Assembly: GCA_017499595.2 (NCBI GenBank)
Contig: CM039000.1
Coordinates: forward strand, 3,410,001 to 3,474,000
DNA length: 64,000 nt
Reading direction: 5' to 3'
From: Psilocybe cubensis
Taxonomy: Eukaryota
Shown piece after piece: positions 27,797 to 41,897 of this stretch. The position numbers and the translations under genes were made by a program. A model generated the notes under the pieces. The model saw nothing but the letters and a program-made list of their open reading frames with translations. It did no database searches and was not told the origin of the DNA. How positions within the stretch are numbered: the first letter of the stretch is position 1; each line of letters begins with the position of its first letter.

Positions 27797-29619
27797 ATGA
27801 TATCCGTAAGTACCTATTGCATTCATCTCTACTGGCGTGCTCACCCAAGATTTTCTTGTCTTAGGCGTTCTTTATCTTCAACCAAAAAGGAGAGGTCAGT
27901 CTATGCATTTTACTGTGCGAAAGGGCCGTGTCTGACAAAGAGTGGAAATATAGGTTCTAATATCGAGGCTCTATCGCACTGATTTCAAGTGTGGTTTTTT
28001 ACCTTGTCGACGTGATATCCAGAGCTCATGCTCAGCCTATACTCCACAGACGATCAATTGCCGACGTATTCAGGATACAAGTCGTATCGAACAGCGACGT
28101 CCGGTCGCCTATCATCACATTGGGGTCTACCAGCTTCTTCCACGTCAGGATAAACAATTTGTATGTAGTCGCCGTAACAAAGTAAGTAAATCGTTTATCA
28201 CTGGACTTGGTTAGAAGCTTACAAGACTCCAGGACAAATGCAAATGCCGCTCTCGTGTTCGAATATTGCTACCGGTTCATCAACATCTGCAAGTCATATT
28301 TTGGAAAGATCGACGAAGAGGCAGTGAAAAATAACTTTGTGGTCATATATGAGTTAATTGATGGTGAGTGCCATGCCATTTAAGTTGTAAACATCCTTTC
28401 ACCGGCTGCTAGAGATCAATGACTTCGGTTACCCCCAAAACAGCGAGATCGACACCCTAAAGTCCTACATCACGACTGAGAGTATAGTGTCATCATCCAT
28501 AGCAGCGGTAAGTAACATTATTTTACGGAATGTGAATTAGATTAAGCTGTCTTTACAGGAAGAATCGTCGAAGATTACATCTCAAGCTACAGGCGCAACC
28601 AGCTGGCGACGTGCAGATGTCAAATATAAGAAAAATGAGGCATTTGTTGACGTGATAGAGACGGTCAACTTGAGCATGAGTGCCAAAGGTAAATATTCTA
28701 TACTTACATCTGCTTCAAAAACGATAACTTAATGTTTTATCAGGTAATCTCTTACGCGCAGACGTGGATGGCCACATCCAAATGCGGGCATACTTGTCCG
28801 GTACTCCAGAATGTAAATTTGGCCTTAACGACAAGCTTGTCATCGACAAAAACGAAAAGGGTATTAGCGATGCAGTCGAGCTCGACGATTGCCGATTCCA
28901 TCAGTGTGTTCGATTAAACGATTTCGATGCTACGCGGACGATCAGCTTTATCCCTCCAGATGGCGAATTCGAGCTTATGCGGTGAGATCTTACAGCTTAC
29001 AGGTAACCGTTCAGGATTGCTTACTTTCTTTTTGCCAGATATCGCTCGACGTCGAACGTTAAACTACCGCTCCGAATCATACCTTCCGTTACAGAAGTGG
29101 GAACGACACAAGTCCAATACACCATCACTGTCAAAACCAATTTCAACAACAAATTATCCGCTACTAACATTGTCCTACGGATACCAACACCTCTAAATAC
29201 GACTACTGCGGAGTGTAAAGTTGCCACGGGCAAGGCAAAATATGTTCCAGCTGAGAATGTGATTGTCTGGAAGTAAGAACAAGGTCATCCGGAGACATAC
29301 GGTGTTACTGACTTTCTGTTAGGATTGCACGGTTACAGGGTGGGCAGGAGTGCTCGCTGACGGCTTCAGCTGCCCTTACTATCACAACAACCCGTCAAGT
29401 TTGGGCGAGGCCACCCATTGAAGTCGATTTCCAAGTGCTTATGTTCACCGCCTCCGGGTTGATTGTTCGTTTTCTCAAAGTTTTTGAAAAGAGCAACTAC
29501 AACAGCGTAAAGTGGGTTCGGTATCTGACCAAAGCTGAAGGCTCCTATCAAATCAGGGTAAGCTTGGGTACTTTATCTATTCTGTATTCTTGTAATAGCT
29601 AACTTTTCAATAGTTCTGA
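27797..29619 (+). CDS. APM4: Clathrin adaptor AP-2 mu subunit
   Basis: [122 protein letters not shown]. Confidence 0.96.
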
Positions 29620-30369
29620 TACGCTTTGCGTGCCCACCCCCCTGGAACACTGGCTAGTTTCCGTGGATGCTCTTTTTTCTTTTGTTGATCACATCTAGCT
29701 TGTATCTTAATATATACCCACAATATAGCGACGTCGTCCATTAATTCGCCAAATTCTACTGCGCTGGGTCTCAAAGTGAAGGCAATCATTCGGCTTGACG
29801 GAAATTAGTTCATATGACTCTGGAGGTTTGATGCACCTATTTCTATACTTTCTCCCACCTTGTCGATTAATCTTCCAACGATCATGCATGTCTGAGCGTA
29901 TGCGATGATCATCCCAACTTCCTTTGATATTTCAAAGGGGAGAAGCGTGGAACTAGGAAAGCTTGGCTTCATTTTATCGCCTATCGATAGTTAAATATCT
30001 AAAAAGATGTAGCTACAATGTTGAAAGCACTTCGTAGAAGTGCTCGAAATGTAATAGATGACATGTATGATTCATAAGAACAAGTCTACGCGGCACCAAT
30101 AGCAAACACTTAATCTCATCTCAATCAAACCAAATTCTGCTACCACATATTCACAGTCATAACTTCGTTAGTCTTCTTGCGCTGGTGAACTATAAAACAT
30201 TTATAGCACGGCGGACAGGATTCTTGAATTATCGGCATACGTTGCAGCGGAAGCAGAGAAAATTCCAAGTCCGAGGGTGAACGAACCGTGATCACTTTAC
30301 CGCTCTCCTTCTTGCTTTGCTACAACACCCTCGGTGACCAGCACCAACGCAGGGACCCACCGAGACCTC

Positions 30370-33300
30370 ATGTTTTGGAGGTAGTCTGTAACCAGCCTCC
30401 ACGGAACGTTTCTAACACCCAGTTTCGTGCGGTACTTTTGCTATAGATTCGGATTCCATAATGCATCGGCAATCGACAGTTTGCTTGATAAGGAGGACGT
30501 CGTGCTCGAAGCCATTTTAGACGAAGATGACCTTTTGCAGGAGTGCAAAGGCCAGAATACAAGACTCCTCAGTTACTTCGAGCGGGTGGATGTCCTTCAG
30601 AAGTTGTTGGGATATGTAACAGGGCAGATTGAGACTGAGGAGAAGGGCCGTTTCAAGTGAGCCCTTTTTCGCACACCTCACAGGTTCTGTTGAAGCCCCT
30701 CTTCCTTGGCTCTACTTACGTTCTGTTCCGCTGGAAAGATACCCATATATTGCAACAGAGGTTTTGTGCAGTGAAATATGGTCTATTGTAGAGACATGCA
30801 TCGGCGAGCAGAACCAGCTTCTGGTGCCCTTCTGGGAGACAGTCCTTGATAGATCTCCGGATGACATGAAGACGCAGATGATCATGGCTTCTCACTTTGC
30901 CAAAGTGAACTCTGTCTTCATGACGAAAAAACCTGTCGAGGTGAGTATTGTGCCGCCTCCTTTCCATTCATCGAACGCTATAATGTTGGTTCAAGATGCT
31001 CGCATTTATTCAATCCCAACCCAACATTGTGGAACGCTTGATTCGACACATAGAAACGCCTTCTTTTGTAGATCTCATTGGTCGCATTATACAGCTGGAT
31101 GAGGTGATTCCGAATAGTAACGTACTTGAGGTGTGTATTGCTTCCTATCTTCTGTTTTGCCAGATTGAATAATGTCGACGCAGTGGTTATCGTCCGAAAA
31201 TCTCATGGGCCGTCTCATCGAACTCCTCTCACCCTACCATACACCTTCTGTGCATACCGTGGTAGCCGATCTCGTCAAAAACATAATATCAATGGCTACA
31301 CCTTCACCAGGTGCAGTTCTCACTGAGGGGCTCCAAAATGGACCAGCTTCCAATCGATTTGCTCGAGAGCTCGCAGGGAGAGAAAACATGAAAAAGTTGG
31401 CCGATTACATGCTCAACGATTTTTCTTCTGACAGTTGCAATACGCCACCAGAACATGACAGTCAGGATGAGGGTACCCTTCTTTCGCCCACGTTTGAATC
31501 TTCGACCTCATCCGTGGTACAATCTATCGCGGTCATCATTGAGCTAATACGTAAAAACAATTCGGATTACTTTGAACCGTATCTCTTCCACGCCTTGCGG
31601 AATCGTCTCATCCATGCTCAACAGCAATCACACCTTGCAGGCGAGGACCTCCGCGCATCTCTGGAGCAAGTTTTGCAGGAAATGGTACACAGGATGGGAG
31701 TTGTACACCTGGGTCCTATGTTGGAAGTACTGTCTTCACGACTTCACGAATTCCAAAAATACCTCAAATCACCTCGTTCATTGGTACGTAACAGTCTACT
31801 CGTATGCGTTTTTATAAGTATTTATCACCATTTTTTCATTAAAGCAAGGGCCAATATCAACTACTATTGGTAGAATGACCCCCTTTACACTCGAACGATA
31901 TCGCATTGTCGAACTATATGCCGAGCTTCTACACTGCTCTAACATGTCACTCCTGAACCGCTCTGCTTTGTTTTCCCGAGTGTATGATTCTGAAGGCCGG
32001 CTACAAGGAGGTTTAGCAGGGTTAGAAGAGCTCGCCCAAGTTATTGCGCTCAACAGTGGCAATGACCGTGAAAGCGATGAGATGGATGAATCGCCCGACG
32101 AGCCGACTCCATCTCTAGCCTTCCCTGTCCGCCATCCGTCAGGAGACTCACCCTCGCTCGACTCTGACGACGATATGACAGGTTCAGATGACGAACCTGG
32201 AAGCTCAGACGACGAGGCGATGGAGGAAATTGCAATGTACGACGAGCCGCTTTCACCTATACCCTTTGCCCAACCGTTACCTTCTTCCTCGACTATGGCG
32301 GTGGCATCTTCACCTGAAGCGCTTTCACTGTCGAGTAGTCCGCAGACAGATTCCAAGGCCTCGTTGAATGTCCCAAATCCCGGGTCAAGTCCAGAATCTG
32401 ATGGGCCAGGTATGAGCGGTAGATCGTCAGGTCGGGGATCAAGACGAAGCTCGCGTTCGCGGAGAAGACATACGATGGAGCAATCTACAGAGACATTACT
32501 ACCTGTTGGCGAACAACTAAAACGTCGATGGCTAGATCAAAATATTCTGGGTACTATGATAGTGAGGATATATTCTTAATTTTGGTATGGTATCCCGAAC
32601 CAATATTTGTTTTCTAGGATATGTTTTTCGAATTCCCCTGGAACAATTTTCTTCACAGCACGGTCTATGATGTTGTACATCAGGTTATGACAGGGGGTTC
32701 TGAAGGAGGCTATAATAGGGAACTCATTATTTCTCTTTTCCGCGATGCAAAAATACTCCACCGTATTATAGAGGGCCAAGCACTGAATGATTTGGAAAGG
32801 TAAATTTCCTAATTTCTATTACTTCTCTCATATTCAATTTCTCTATTTCATTTCAAGCGCGAAACCAAAAGGAGTGCGATTAGGTTATATGGGCCACCTT
32901 ATGCTCATTTCAGAAGATGTCATCACAGCAATGGCCAGGTTCCCTCCCGACCTTCGACTTATCATCATCCAATACGCACCTGAGCCAGAATGGGACAATT
33001 ATGTCACCGGGAGGTACAACGAGACAAAGCAGGAGGAGAACAGGCGTCTAGGCGGCGGCAAGCCCGTGGTCAACTCTGCTGCGGCACGAAATATGGCCCA
33101 GTGGAAAGTCGATGAGAACGAACTTGCTGGGGAGACGGATGTGAAAGGTGTAGATGATGGGCAACCCAAGGGCGAGTTCAGACGTGCAGCGAGCGTTGGG
33201 CCGTCGGGTGTCACGCAGACGGCTGACTTTGGGCCAGCACCTGTCGACGAAGATGAAGATGAGGATGAGGATGAAGATAATATATCTTCTACTCGAGCGC

Positions 33301-34106
33301 CTCATGTACGCCTAATTTTAATTCGTCATTGTTTGATGTTGATTTTCATTTTGTTTCCAGTTTGCCAGATATCTCGCCCAGGAGATGGGTAATTCAGATC
33401 AATTTGGGTCCTCATCCGACGAAGATGATGAAGATGAAGGGTGGTTAACACAATCAACTTTCGGCTTGAATCCTGCTCCTGTGGCAACAAGACCATTCAG
33501 CGAACCAAGAAGACCTCTGAGTAGTAATGGGTTTGGAGTAAGTGGTATATTTGGTTATAACTCAATAACATTGATGCTTATGATCTTTGTTTTCCAAGGA
33601 TGCCTTTGACCCTAACAGTACTCCATCAACACGTACTGCAATGACAGAGGATCCATTCAGCTCCCAAGACGACGTTAGCCCCCATTTTCTCTCATTAAAA
33701 TTAACTTACATGACCACTAATATTGTTTACATAGGACGACGGATTTGGCCCCTTCTCGGACACAGCCGCCGCGAGCGGCGACGGATTTACATTCAGTTCC
33801 TCCTTTTCCGACGAAGATTCGTCTTTTGAATCCTTCGGTGACTTTGGCGACTTCCAGAGTGCAGAGACGGAGACTCTTGATGAGGGCGAGTCCACGACTC
33901 CTACAACGACAACGGGGAGCTGGACATTTGCGCCAGGGCATGAGTTTGGCGTGGGGTTAGAAGAGGTGTCCAATCATGAACAGGGGAAGGGGAAGGATAA
34001 AGCGAAAGAGAAAGGTACAGGGATAGGGACTGAAGGATCCTCGAGTTCGACAGCGACGTTATCGTCCTTGTCATCTACAACAACAGCAAAGGACACTTCA
34101 AACTGA
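30370..34106 (+). CDS. SIT4/PP6 phosphatase-associated regulatory protein (SAPS domain)
   Basis: MFWRFGFHNASAIDSLLD..ILDEDDLLQECK; YPYIATEVL; IIELIRKNNSDY; ELYAELLHCSNM; FFEFPWNNFLH; RLGYMGHL. Confidence 0.95.
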
Positions 34107-34432
34107 GAACATGAGGTGGTCAAATTCTTGAATGCGGATTTATTGCAGTCTCATTCTCTCTCTTGCAGTCTTCCTTTCTCCCTTTTTTTGCCCTTTCTAT
34201 TTAGCAATTTTCTTTTTGTAGTTACAATCTTCACATTTACGTACTTATGCGCCACAGTTGTCTGTTTTCTGGCCCTAAGATAATAACACGCAGGCGAACT
34301 GTCAATGACTTGCAACACTATAGCCACGAGAATATAAGGACATTCGGATGGGGTCGAGCAAGTCATGTTTTTTCCTTTGGAAATCTTCATTGGTATAGAT
34401 ACAGGTACCACGGGGGTATGAAATGCGCAATT

Positions 34433-35693
34433 TTACTCTTGGAATTGATATCCGCCCTCGCGCTGGACTGCATCAAAGTCAAGCTCGAGCAGCGCGCGCC
34501 CGTCTGCTTCCGTCAGCGCACACTCGACCTTGTCGCCTGGGTTCACAGGGCCAACGCCGGATGGCGTGCCTGTCAAGATGAGGTCGCCTTCCTGTAAATA
34601 CAAATACAATCATGCACCAAGAGATCAACGGGTAACGACCGTCCGTCAGTTTATGCTAACAGGTCATAGTTGGGGAAAGGGAGAGGAAAGAAACTTGCCT
34701 CGAGGGTCATGATGGACGAGACGTGCTCGATGAGCCGAGGGATGCGGAAGATCATGTCGGCGGTCGTTCCGTCCTGCTTCGTTTCGCCGTTAATCTTCAA
34801 CAAAGGATGTATATCATCAGAATCAGAACTCCCCTATCTTGGATTTGGGCGGAAATTGGATGTATGTAAACATACCTTGAGAGACACACGGAGGTCATGC
34901 GCATCTTTAACAGTCTCTTTCGGGAGGAATGAGCTGTATGTTTTTAGTTAGATTTGAATACTTGAGGTGACAAAGAAATGTATGGGGTGTCAGAGCGAAA
35001 TTAAATGAAACAGACGCACCCTATGGGCGTGAACCCGTCGAATCCTTTCGCAGCAGACCACGGGAGTCCGGCTTTGCGCACCTTGTCCTGCAAGTTGCGG
35101 GCAGTCATGTCCACAGCAAGTGCTGCATTTCATCAAACGAAAGATGAAGATAGTTTAGTGGAACTGTGGGACCAAGAAGTGAACCAAGAACGCACTGTAT
35201 CCTGCGATATGCGACTCCGCATTGGCCTGGGTAATGTCCCTGCCTCCTTTTCCAATGACAACTCCAAGTTCGACTAGAATTCACAAAAGCACACCGGTCA
35301 ATTCAATAAGTTAGAAGAAGATGCTTCCGGGGAATTCACAGACGCCGCCAACAACGGATACCGCAGAGTCTGTTTCTCCACAGAGGCATTCGTCCAACCT
35401 GATTGGCAGGTAAATGAATCGATAACTGATTGAGATGACATACCTTCATGATGTGCCAGAATGCCTCGCGGGATTTCGAGTTTACCTCCAGATGGGAGGA
35501 AACTTGATGTAGGCTTTAGGAAGAAGAATGGCTCCTTCGGAACTGCGTTGTTCAGCTCTTTTGCGTGAGCTGCATAGTTCCTGCCAATGGCTACTATCTG
35601 TAGGTTGGTAGGTGCATCAAAAGGGGTGCATATCCAATAATTCAAACACTTGTGTCGTACTTTCTTTCCAGTACGAGCGAATGAGGCAGCCAT
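34433..35693 (-). CDS. FAH-family hydrolase, FAHD1/Fmp41-like (acylpyruvase / oxaloacetate decarboxylase)
   Basis: [91 protein letters not shown]. Confidence 0.95.
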
Positions 35694-38300
35694 TTGTACT
35701 ATTAGTTCGTGTTCAGGTTAGAGATGAAGTTCCAGTGTAGTTTGTGTACAAGTCGACGCGTTCTTATAAGCAAATTGATATCGCCAATGTCCCTTGAGCG
35801 CTCAAAGACGCCTGTATGAGGATTTAAGGCGAGTGTTTAGGACAACCTCAACAACTCTCGCGCTCATGCGAATTGGCGAACGCGCCGGGCCGAATAACTC
35901 CGGCCGGTTTATAACGTGCACGCGTCCCGGAGCCAAGCTGCTCTGAGGCGCGACGATTGGGCAGACGCGCTTTTGAGTGCTACCGCGTAGCACGAAGATG
36001 AGAAATAGTTGGCATAGTATAACACGAACGAGCGCACGCGCATTTTGGGTAGAAACTTACGTTGGAGACGAGTTCAGGTTATTTCCATGCGTTTGGCGGC
36101 AGTCCGTAGTTCAGATTCCTGGATCAATTGTCTAACTTGTGAAAAATGGGACTACTATTCGAGGATATGTCAAACAAGTCAATGTGTGAATCGATAACTG
36201 ACTCAGAACTGGATAAAACTCTACCCGCGACACTCGGATGGCAAATTAGAACTCTTCGGATAAGCGTGTTATATTCCTTATTTGCAGTCAACTTCTTCAA
36301 ACGTTCTTCAACAAGACACTCACAAATAGAAATGGTGGCGTCGGGCTGTGTATCTTCAGGAAGAGAATCGAATATATTTTGAGGTCAACGCTCACACCTG
36401 ACAGACGGGGTTCTTCTGGTTGCTATTGATGAATAGGGACAATATGAAAGGGTAAGTTCCTGGCTAGCTAATTGCCGTTCGGCGAGCACGATATGTGTTT
36501 TATCTGACGTAGAGCTTTATTGACTTGTCATTCGAGAAAAACATTGTGGGCTATTCCAGGCGCTGAAGAGTTCTGCGTTATCTCTTCGCCGGAGCATCTC
36601 GAGACCAAGTAGTATGTACTAGCAGTAGCGTTGGTTGTTTACAGAGACCTGTGTCATCTTTAGATCGTTTTTCCAGTGGCTGCCGAATTCTTTCTTTCTT
36701 TGTTTCTGAATAAAACGATTTAGAGCGACAAGATAAGGTTCTACCCTACAGGAAAGATGTTTCCTAATAGAACGTCTCGAACATTACCGTGTTTCTTTCC
36801 CGAAATGTTGTAGGCCATGAATGAATCATCAGCTTTGTGGATTAAAATCTAAGAGCATTTACAAGTTGGCGACAGCGCTGCTTGAAATCAAAAGATTGTC
36901 GGAGCAATAATGTCACTTTCGGCAGCTTAGTCATCGCATATATCGCTTCATCCTCAACCACAACATCGGACTTCGTCGCTGCTTTTTGCCGTAAAATGGT
37001 CGTTTCGAGTCTGGCATCATTGTGGGTGACGGAAAGGTCATCGAGACCTCTGTACATCACAACAAACAGTGGCGGACGGCAAGCCTACGGAACACCCGGC
37101 TTTGGACGACGTGCATCCATTAGCATGAGAGCACCCAAGCCGTCTTGGCACTGCTGCCCGGGAAGCCTCTTTTGAAGGCCACAGTCCGTGCCCAATCCTC
37201 GTGGATGACAAGAGTACTCCAGCGTCGGACGCAAGAAACAAGACACAGTCGAGATGGACACCACCTCCAGAGCTCCACCACTTGGCGACGAAGCCAGGTA
37301 TCTCATCAGTTCTTTGGCACACTTATCAGGAGTATGCAAGTCTCAATATGATTAATGTAGAAAGAAGAGCTTGTCATACAAACTATGACAAGCCATTCCG
37401 TTATCCATCGTGGACGCTACTTTAGACCTCGTTTCTTCTGTCAAAGGTTAGCGTCAGACCACCATTATTTGCGTTGGGAATCACACAAAGATATAAAAAA
37501 AGCTTGTAAGTACTTCGGACTTGGCCAAACAAAAAAGTCTTACACTCGTAAAATTAAGTTACTCATGGCTTGGCAATGACACAGGCATCCGTTTTCCTTG
37601 GTTTACTCGGCCTTGTGCGCTTGAGTTCAGCTTGGGATGCCTTATGCTTGGGGCCATATCACTTATAAAAAGGCAACCCTGCGGAGGGCGGAGACCTTTT
37701 CGCAGCTACTATCATCGCGAAGACTACGACGACGCCAACGGCCTCCTTCAACCACCCACAAGTCCCTACCATCCAACCGCGATAATCACTTATTCCCGTC
37801 AATCTACCCCTTGCCGTGGAGTAGTACGGCTGACTTTGGATTGATTATTCCCCGAACTCCCGGCTGTCTCCCCGTTTTACCGTCCGTACAATCACCGAGA
37901 TGCCAAACATCACAGACAGCACGCTGGAAGAACCAGGGTAAGCAGTTCTCGCCTTTTTTGGACATTCTCCTCTGTGAGATTCGGCTGGGGACTTTAGGGA
38001 GGCATGTGCAGGCTCCTCACACCCTACGCGCTGCCGTACATGTGCCGTCCCACCCCTCTTACAATTCTTCTTCCCCACGGAAAGCTGTTCAGAGCCATTT
38101 CGTCCGATCATCAGGATTCCATAAGCTATTTCAATTGCTACCCGTTTCGGTGCTTGGAACTGGCCCATACACATACACACACGTCCCATCTTACTTATTG
38201 GGTCCTTGTCTTCGCATTCTTATCGTCTTACATTCCATCCTTCCCTCCTCTCTCGTGCTTTCTATTCGCAACACTCTAAACGTCTGAAACTTACTTCAAT

Positions 38301-38947
38301 ATGGTTCTCAGTCCCAGATCAGGACATTTGGGCGTGGCATGGGAAGTCGGTGTTGTTTCCACCTTCAGTGAGTACAAACTTTTCCAGCTTGTACAAATTG
38401 CATCATTACTAACGTCGAGACACCTCTACTTGTTCACGCTTTCTAGTCGTCGTTATCGTCGCAGTCATTGGAGTAGCGATCTTTCAAATCCGAAGAAGAC
38501 AACGAAGACGACAGGCAGTTGAAAATGACAACGCAACTCGCACCAGTAGTAAACGCAAAGGGAAGAAGTCATCGAGTATGCAGGTTGAGGTCAAAGACTT
38601 GGAGACGGGCCAGTGCGAGATTGTAACAGAAAATGTGGATAGTGACGAGGATGTTGAGACAGGAGACGAGGAACAGGCGCCCAGGGTGAGTTTTTTGCGA
38701 TTTTGTAGATGATGTCTCGTGTCTCACCGTTACATCCTCCTCATTTCTCCACCCACCTCGTCCTCATCTTCAGAAATCGAAGAAAACAAGATCATCACGG
38801 CCACATACAAGTTCCCGGTCAAAGACAAAACCTAGTCGGCCGAAAAAGCCCTCGTCGCTGAAAAAAGCAGCTGATTCCTCCACTGAAGAGTACTACTTCG
38901 AGCATCCATCACAAAAACCTCCGAAGTATTATTGGGACCAGCGGTAG
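38301..38947 (+). CDS. Small single-pass membrane protein, hypothetical (3 exons; start uncertain)
   Basis: Intron 38368-38446 (GTGAGT..TACTAAC..TAG) joins VAWEVGVVSTF/IVVIVAVIGVAIFQI to RRRQRRR; second intron GTGAGT..CAG; ends KPPKYYWDQR*. Confidence 0.65.
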
Positions 38948-41897
38948 TCTGAAGTCATCGGTTCTGGTTTATTTCGTGTTTCTGGGGAGTCTGCGCTGCA
39001 GCTCTATCTTTCTTCTCTAGGGTTCTTTTGTCGGTTTATTTTGGTGCGTTGCTTTTTTCTGTTTGCGCTCTCTTCTATCTATCTTTGCATGGTCGCTAAT
39101 ATCTAAATGGGCTGCTTCTAGGAGTTCTTTTTTTTGTTTTGTATCATTGTACCAACACCATTATTACCCAAGTGTACCATAACTATTTTTACAGGCATTT
39201 CACCGTCTCGTCGTATCATATTCCTGATAATACACATGAAGGATTTCGAAACCCGAAACTGTTTCTACCACTCTAACTACGAACTCGCCTCCCTTCGTTT
39301 TGTCGACCCGGAGCTCCCACTGCTCCGCCGACAAGTACATTATAAATTCTTGTATCGCATCTCCAATCCCAAGCTATTCTGCTCCCGTTTGGTAACGACC
39401 TGTGACGGCAGGTGAGCCACTGGCCTTGTAAGCAACTCTGCCAAGCCTCTCCGATGCCCAGTCCTTCCCAGCTCCACTACTGTTGCAAGGTCAAGCATCT
39501 CAAGAAGTCGAAGCTGCTACGCAGCAAGCGGGCATGTGTTGCAGCAGGTTGCAGCATACGTACACACAAGCCCGACTCATTGTCAATTCAAGACAGAATG
39601 TAATGGACATTCTCGAGTCAATAGAATTCAATTATCCGAACCTAAAATACAAATGTCAATTCCACAATCGGATTGTACTTCCGATCCTCCCATCCTTTTT
39701 CCCTCTTAACAGGAAGGAGAATCTGGAGGAGAATGAACTCCACTTCTCTATGTATAACGAATTCGTCTAGTAATCCTATCATTCGCCAAGACTTAGAGGT
39801 ATGTGATGGATGTGATTCATTTTGAACGCGTGAATGAATGCACCGCACCGTCAGCAACGGCTTCGACGTGTCGCAGAATGAGAAACGGCACAACTTCAAA
39901 CCAGTCGAAACTTTATTGAATGACATCAACGTCACAACTCGCCTTATCTCTTCAGGGACATGAAGCCACGTCTGTATGTCACATCAGGCATCAGGAACGG
40001 CTAGAACCAGCAGAATCGGCAGAGGAGCGGCATCGATGGTTTCGGGATTTTTATTGACGGAGTACGTACACTTTGATGTGCCGAGAACGGCATTACATAA
40101 GGTCGGTCCAGGCTTGACTCTCACACCTGTCTTTTTTTTTGCGGTTGTCGAGTTTCCTCTTCAAACAGCCAAGGGCGACTCACCGGCGGTACTTGGAAAA
40201 AAAGAAGGCTCCTTTGGGTTTGTGCTATAAGGAATTACTGTGTACAAGAAACTACAAGGGCTGCCGTCTGGACAATCCCAGCTACGCTGATGGCTTGGAA
40301 CAACCGATGACGCCGTCCAAGAAATGCGCTTTGAAGACAAACATCGTTCCTGCGGTCTTTGGAAAAATCAAGGAGTCAAGAAGCAAAAGCTATCTGTTAC
40401 AAAAGGACAAGAGCCGCTGAGAAGCACAAGCCCATCCATTCATCGTGGAAGTGCGTTGGGAGCTCACAGCGGCACTTGTAGTATCCTGGCCCCACGACTA
40501 ATAGGCCCAGAAGGTTTTTTCGGGCTTGCAAGCTTTACAATTGCAGGCTACTTTGGGTTGCTTGCTATGTTTGTTGCGTTTGCTCACATGGCAACTGCTT
40601 GCTTGGGGTTCTTCGTTCTATTTTCTTGCTTGGGCTAAGGAAGGCTTAAGTGGTGCAGACAAGAAGACCACAGCCATCGCAGTGACATGATGCCGTATTT
40701 CACTAATGACGACCTTGTCCCGCGCTGCGATGGATGTGGTTTAGCGCTGTTCTTTTTTCTCTTTTCAGCTGCTTCTTTGCGTGTTAATCTTCTTTTTTTT
40801 CTCTCAGGTGGCTCGCGGGATGTGCGCGTTCCGTCATATTTTTTAGTTCTTCGAATAACAATTCCCATGACGGTCCTTTCTCATCTATCACCTTATCATA
40901 CTATGGAAGATCACTACCTCGATGAAGCTTTCAAGTAGAGTTCTCAATGTCTATTTCTCTTTAATTTTTCGGTTCAGTTTTTGCCGAGATGATTCTCGTT
41001 CCCATTCATTTCAAAAAAATCTCGCATCTACCAGCGCATTGGTGGCGTCAAGCTCAGAAATTCGCCGTGGATGATAATGAAGACGAGATGGTGGAGCCTC
41101 GATCATTCTTTCATCCTTTAATTTCATTCACATTGACTGTCGTCCCTCCGCAGTCAAAGGCCGCAAGAGCCGATCAAACAACTAGTTTTTCTCCGAGCTT
41201 GTAGCGGCTGGGACAGCTGGTCAAGTGCTCCTGCTCTCGCTTCAAAGTGCACTGTCTCCGCTTTCGCGCAGTCCCTAATGCTCAATGATAATCCGTACTC
41301 TCAGTTGTCTTGTCACTGAAGGAACGCTCCCAGGCCGATGTCCATGAACTGGTAAGATGTACTCGTGGCGAATACGAGACTGCTTTTGCTAACCTAGTTC
41401 CCATAATTTGAAGGGATTCTTCACGTTCTTTGCTCTTGATGAAAAACAGACATGATATTTAGGGGCCTCCAGTGCGTCTTATTATTAATGACCGCTTTCA
41501 TCTTGGATAAATTATAGAAGACAGAAGCCCGTTAATACATCAGCAAATAAGCATGTCTGATTTACAGGTACAATCTGACATTGCTTCAAAGTTAACTGCA
41601 TGCAATTGGCGTATGATTATCGGAAAGGAGGAGCACAATGTGAATGCGAAGGGGGCGCATATACCCAATGAATTACGAGTCCGTGGCACATTGGAGCACG
41701 TTGGTAACCAAAGGATTTCATGGAATTGAAGCGCGTGCGCAACAGCGACCCAATAAATTGCGAGAACTACCGTCGCCATGCGCCTCCCTGAGGACCCGTT
41801 CGAACGTCGGTAAACTGGATGTTTTAAAGGATTCCTTGATTTAAAGAGAATGTAGGCTTGATACCCCTTTTTTTCCTCATCGTGTCTCCACCTCAGG

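Noticed and set aside
39000..41800. Short Lys-rich ORFs and stray splice signals; possible transposon or pseudogene
   Set aside because: No transposase/RT motifs, terminal repeats or coherent frame found
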